10,682 bases of DNA, taken from NCBI GenBank assembly GCA_965233585.1, contig CBDDTI010000316.1:1-10682 (forward strand), in the 5' to 3' direction. Position 1 is the first letter of the stretch. Each line of letters begins with the position of its first letter. Below the pieces are notes generated by a model. That model saw only the letters and a list, made by a program, of their open reading frames with translations, did no database searches and was not told the origin of the DNA. The position numbers were made by a program, and so were the translations under genes. Shown piece after piece: positions 7,143 through 10,682 of this stretch. This DNA is from a bacterium (lineage in GTDB: Bacteria > SAR324 > NAC60-12).

Positions 7143-10100
7143 TTACTTCTTCTTCTCCTCCACCATCTTTGTCTTGGTCTTCTTCATCATTTCTTCACAC
7201 ATGAACGTGATAGATCTTTCTTTTCCCTCACTGAGTCCCTGCATACCTCGCGCGATATCCAAAGGATTCTTTCCATCTTTATTGCGCATCTTTTTCCATT
7301 TCAGTGGCTTATAAAGAGGAAACAGCTTCCGGAAGGAAAATTTGGACATTGAAAGAACGCAATGATGCAGAGCTGTATTCCCATCATCGTCCACACTTTG
7401 AACAGAAATTGCGCTACCACGTCTTGTGAAAGTGGGGACTAATTTTACATTTCCACTTTTTATTGCCACAGACAAAGCGGACATTCCTGGAATCAGTCCT
7501 TTTGTGGCGTAGGGGTTTCTGTCGAAGTTTTGAGGCAGCTCACAATTGATATCCACCTTTCTTGTGGTGATTAAGTACTGGAGCACATGAGGGCTCATGG
7601 AGGGCAAGGAGCAAGCTTTCAGGATTGCATTGAAACCTTTCTCGTCCTTCGCCTGTAGCTGATCAGTGGTGAAACGCGCAAGCTTCTCTGCTACGTACTT
7701 CATTGTGAGGTCGCTACTGCCTGTTGTCTCCCCGTCTTTTCTACTACTGGTCTGCAGATTCCTAAATTCCCCCCAAAGACTGACGATATCTTTTGTGACG
7801 TCGTTGGTTCCTTCCGTATATCTGGGATCGTCATTTCTTGCAACTCGTTTTCTTCCCAAGGTCTCTTTATCCTCGCTAACAATGCTGACCTGGCATTTAC
7901 GGTGAACTTCCTCAGATCTGTCTTGTACAGAACTGGAAACATTCATTTTCTCTGAAGCCATCTCTTCTTCTATATGTACCGAATCCATAGAATCTATTCT
8001 AATTAAATCGATCGCTTTGCTCTTGTTTTCGAATTGGCTTGCGACGGCCTTAGCTGGTTTGCTCTTTGTTCCAAAATTTTGGAAGTGCTTAGGGCTGCTT
8101 TGCAATGGAGAAAATCCTTCCTCTATTATGATTACTTCGTCGCATCTCTCTGGCAATAAACTTTCCATTCGTTGATTGCAGTCGTCATTGGTTTTACGTC
8201 GCTTCATCTCGACACTGTCATCAAGTGATTCTCGAAGGGATCTCTTCATGCTTTTCTTTTCTTTGCTAATGAATTGCGTGTTATTGGGCAACGAAATTCT
8301 GTCCATTCTTGGCTCGTTCGTGATATTCAATAGACTGTTCTCAACTGTACTGGTAATATCCGCTTGATAATCCTTATCCTCTTGCGGGAAGGAAGCCTGG
8401 ATTAGAATGTATCGCAAACGATGTCTCTTTGGGTCAGCGGCGGACAGAATGGTATATTTGGAGTTTCTGTCTCTCATTTCGCGGGAGAAAAATATTGCTT
8501 TTGGTATGGTAGATTTAGTTAACTTCATTTCAGGCCACTCTTCAAGTACCTCCTTAGTACTTGTCACGGTAACAATTTTCTCCTTGGTGCTGCAAAATCT
8601 TGATGTTAAAAGCTCAATGTCGTTAGTTGTGAGATTTCCAACAGAAAACGAAAGAATGAAAACCGAAGTTCCTTTGGCAGCAGGCTCCTGCTTTGCTTCG
8701 ACTTCTTGAACTATTCTAGCGGGAGAGACTGTGTCTTTAAACCTTTCTTCTTGAGCATATCCAATGCATCCCTTGAAACACTTCTCAGGACCCTGAGTGT
8801 TGACAAAGTTACGAAGGTGTTCCAGGATTATACTCTCTTCAAACTCTTTGGGTAGCTCGCTCACAAGTGGTCGTTCCGCAAGAATGCTATCATCTCTCCA
8901 TTCAAAGATCTTTGGTGGTGCAAGGCTGTTGATCCAATCTTTGTACTGAACTTTGAGAAAACTGTAACGGTTGCATTTCACTACCCAGAGACCAGCTTTA
9001 TCGCAATCGTCATTGAACCGTAGGTCTTCCCAACAAGGCCATGGACGATAGAAAACACTCTTTTCGACGGTACTCTTGACATTCACCAAAACAGCAGCGT
9101 ACACTTGGGTTCTTGAAAATGGAGTTACTGCGACTGGAACACTTCTGATAAGACCTAGTACTCCGTAGCTCTCATGTTGCTTGTTTCTAAACAGCTTGGC
9201 AGGACCGGTGTAGCTATACAGTGGAAACTCTTGAGATTCAAAGTGGTCGGTTAAAGGATGGGGCTCATATTGTGTCTTATCGATTGGTGGAATTTCCTTT
9301 CCCTCCGCGATTTTCTGAAGATGGCTGAGTGGCTTGAGGAACGAACAGCGTTGCATCTTCATCGCACCCTTCTCGTCCCTTAGAACTCTTTCGGTGGGCG
9401 AAGACGGGTCTTTCCTGAATACTGCTTCGGACATCACTACCACGTTGTCATCTATTACAAAGATGTATTCCAGATTTAAGGCAAATGACATCTTCTGAAT
9501 GAAAAGCCTTGCATACCCCACTCCTCCTTCATTTGGTCCAAGCTCACAGTTGGGCAACGCATCTGGCAGTTGGACAATGTTAAGAACCTTTCCCCAAGTG
9601 GATCTGTAAGCATCGAATTTTTCTTTGCGAACAACAGTTACTTGTGCGTAGGCGGGGACTTGTCCCTTCTCTTGCATTACATGGTGGTAATTCAAGGTGC
9701 ACTTGCGAGGATCGTCCCTGTGTGAAGCATGAAAGATCCAGAAAGGTGACGATAAAGGATTGAGCTCTTTAGTAGCCTCCTCTGTTAAACTTGTGCTCTT
9801 CAGCTGTTCCAGCAAGTGTTTAAACGATTGGCTGCTGCTTGGGACGGAACATTTAACACTAACTGGTATACCATCGATGCTAACTTTGAAGGTCTCCAAA
9901 GCTGGGCCTTTTCCTTGAAGAAGTCGTCCACAATCGACACATTTTTCGAAGTGGTACCAATGCCAAGCTCGTAAACCCTCTGCACATTCTGTTTCCTGGT
10001 AATGGTGATCAATCGCCTTCTTATCCTGTTCTGGGTTCACAAGGGTGTTAGGACATTCCTCCACATCATGTGTATAGAAGCATCCCTCAATTGAGTATTT

Positions 10101-10682
10101 TACCGATGCTACTGGTTCATCATACAGGCTTGGAGAATCTTTGATCGTCTTCCAATAAGGAAATTCCCAGTCGTGCTTTTCACCTGTGTCACGGACCAGA
10201 AATTCTTGGGAAAAGCGGTTCTCTTTGTGGCAGTAAAAGATACCATCTTCAAATGCAGGTGTTGCGGAAAGGGGAACTTTTCCACAGATATCCCGTCGCA
10301 GTTCTCTTATGAGGCAAAGGTACGCACCCGTCTTGCCTATCTGGGGCTCTGCGTGGAGAAGGATTCTGTTGCAATGCTTCTTTACGTTTTGATAATCGTA
10401 GCTATCCTTTTGAGCTTCATAGTCTAGCCAACGCAAGGAAGAGCACTTCTGGTCTTTGCGTCTTCTGCTCTTTGTCATGTATCGATCCGCTTTCTGACAA
10501 GAAATGGCATTCATCGAAGGAGATGTTTTCAGTGACGTTTGAAGCGTCTTGAACAGCACTCGCCCAACCAGTACATAAGGCGTCTCACTGGCAGAGGACT
10601 TAGAGTAACGACACATTCTTCCCAACTCTTGAATGATGGTTGAAAGATGGAGTGACGAGCCTTCTTTGAACTCGCAACTGCT
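7143..10682 (-). CDS. GREB1-like protein (circularly permuted SF2 helicase remnant + TAGT/GT-A glycosyltransferase + C-terminal ankyrin repeats); 5'-partial, runs off the window
   Basis: 1160-aa ORF. Upstream of the tracked TTG the frame stays open to the window edge (SSCEFKEGSSLHLSTIIQE-LGRMCRY), so the true start is outside. Motifs, in order: QELGRMCR (SF2 motif VI), ILLHAEPQIGKTGAYL (like GREB1 PQIGKTGAYL), YHFEKCVDC, IFHASHR, VVRKEKFDAYRSTW, GGVGYAR, IFVIDDN, YGVLGL, PFSRTQVYAAVLVNV, WEDLRF..AGLWVVKCNRYSFLK. These are collinear with the GREB1 C-terminal region as I recall it. Orthology to GREB1/GREB1L is not established. Confidence 0.9.
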   Translation of the reverse strand, partial: SSCEFKEGSSLHLSTIIQELGRMCRYSKSSASETPYVLVGRVLFKTLQTSLKTSPSMNAISCQKADRYMTKSRRRKDQKCSSLRWLDYEAQKDSYDYQNVKKHCNRILLHAEPQIGKTGAYLCLIRELRRDICGKVPLSATPAFEDGIFYCHKENRFSQEFLVRDTGEKHDWEFPYWKTIKDSPSLYDEPVASVKYSIEGCFYTHDVEECPNTLVNPEQDKKAIDHHYQETECAEGLRAWHWYHFEKCVDCGRLLQGKGPALETFKVSIDGIPVSVKCSVPSSSQSFKHLLEQLKSTSLTEEATKELNPLSSPFWIFHASHRDDPRKCTLNYHHVMQEKGQVPAYAQVTVVRKEKFDAYRSTWGKVLNIVQLPDALPNCELGPNEGGVGYARLFIQKMSFALNLEYIFVIDDNVVVMSEAVFRKDPSSPTERVLRDEKGAMKMQRCSFLKPLSHLQKIAEGKEIPPIDKTQYEPHPLTDHFESQEFPLYSYTGPAKLFRNKQHESYGVLGLIRSVPVAVTPFSRTQVYAAVLVNVKSTVEKSVFYRPWPCWEDLRFNDDCDKAGLWVVKCNRYSFLKVQYKDWINSLAPPKIFEWRDDSILAERPLVSELPKEFEESIILEHLRNFVNTQGPEKCFKGCIGYAQEERFKDTVSPARIVQEVEAKQEPAAKGTSVFILSFSVGNLTTNDIELLTSRFCSTKEKIVTVTSTKEVLEEWPEMKLTKSTIPKAIFFSREMRDRNSKYTILSAADPKRHRLRYILIQASFPQEDKDYQADITSTVENSLLNITNEPRMDRISLPNNTQFISKEKKSMKRSLRESLDDSVEMKRRKTNDDCNQRMESLLPERCDEVIIIEEGFSPLQSSPKHFQNFGTKSKPAKAVASQFENKSKAIDLIRIDSMDSVHIEEEMASEKMNVSSSVQDRSEEVHRKCQVSIVSEDKETLGRKRVARNDDPRYTEGTNDVTKDIVSLWGEFRNLQTSSRKDGETTGSSDLTMKYVAEKLARFTTDQLQAKDEKGFNAILKACSLPSMSPHVLQYLITTRKVDINCELPQNFDRNPYATKGLIPGMSALSVAIKSGNVKLVPTFTRRGSAISVQSVDDDGNTALHHCVLSMSKFSFRKLFPLYKPLKWKKMRNKDGKNPLDIARGMQGLSEGKERSITFMCEEMMKKTKTKMVEEKKK
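7250..7650 (-). other. Ankyrin-repeat region (about 4 repeats, some degenerate) at the C-terminus of the large CDS
   Basis: DEKGFNAILKAC..VLQYLI..VDIN; GMSALSVAIKSGNVKLV; DDDGNTALHHCV; NKDGKNPLDIA all fit the D-x-x-G-x-T-P/A-L-H-x-A consensus. Confidence 0.85.
8944..9747 (-). other. TAGT (TET/JBP-associated, GT-A fold) glycosyltransferase domain within the large CDS
   Basis: N-terminal strand-S-x-R (PFWIFHASHR, ~9718-9747), GVGYAR (~9507-9524), acidic hhhhDD motif (IFVIDDN, DDN at 9444-9452) and C-terminal ED motif (WEDLRF, 9015-9032). Boundaries approximate. Confidence 0.85.

Noticed and set aside
6133..7352. ORFs 6133-6444, 6733-7062, 7007-7204 and 7131-7352
   Set aside because: They cross MITE boundaries or lie antisense to the CDS end; no protein-like conservation signal.
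7666..10427. Small ORFs overlapping the large CDS (7666-7905, 7700-7942, 8176-8367, 8407-8709, 9800-10012, 10173-10427)
   Set aside because: Shadow frames of the long GREB1-like ORF, mostly with non-ATG starts and without motifs.
2542..10682. GREB1-like gene as cargo of the Polinton
   Set aside because: The putative terminus at 2541 faces the gene, placing it outside the element with 4.6 kb of MITE-containing host-like DNA between.

Overview
This is AT-rich eukaryotic animal DNA; the gene and repeat content suggest a marine invertebrate such as a stony coral (inference). It has three zones. (1) 1-2541 looks like the right arm of a Polinton/Maverick-type element: two compact intronless + strand ORFs (a C2H2-finger basic protein and an acidic helical protein), tandem and periodic repeats, subterminal direct repeats and an ACTACT terminus at 2536-2541. 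(2) 2542-7140 is intergenic DNA with four non-autonomous DNA transposons of different types: a CACTG-ended MITE, a TA-targeting Tc1/pogo-like MITE, a hAT deletion derivative with a BED-finger remnant and perfect 8-bp TSD, and a TTAA/AGG Kolobok-like MITE. It also holds a 2A-like peptide remnant. (3) 7143 to the window end (- strand) is an uninterrupted reading frame of at least 3.5 kb encoding a GREB1-like protein. It has circularly permuted SF2 helicase motifs (motif VI before Walker A), an apparently intact TET/JBP-associated glycosyltransferase (TAGT) domain, a charged NLS-bearing linker and C-terminal ankyrin repeats, which vertebrate GREB1 lacks. All homology calls come from motif recognition by eye; no searches were run.
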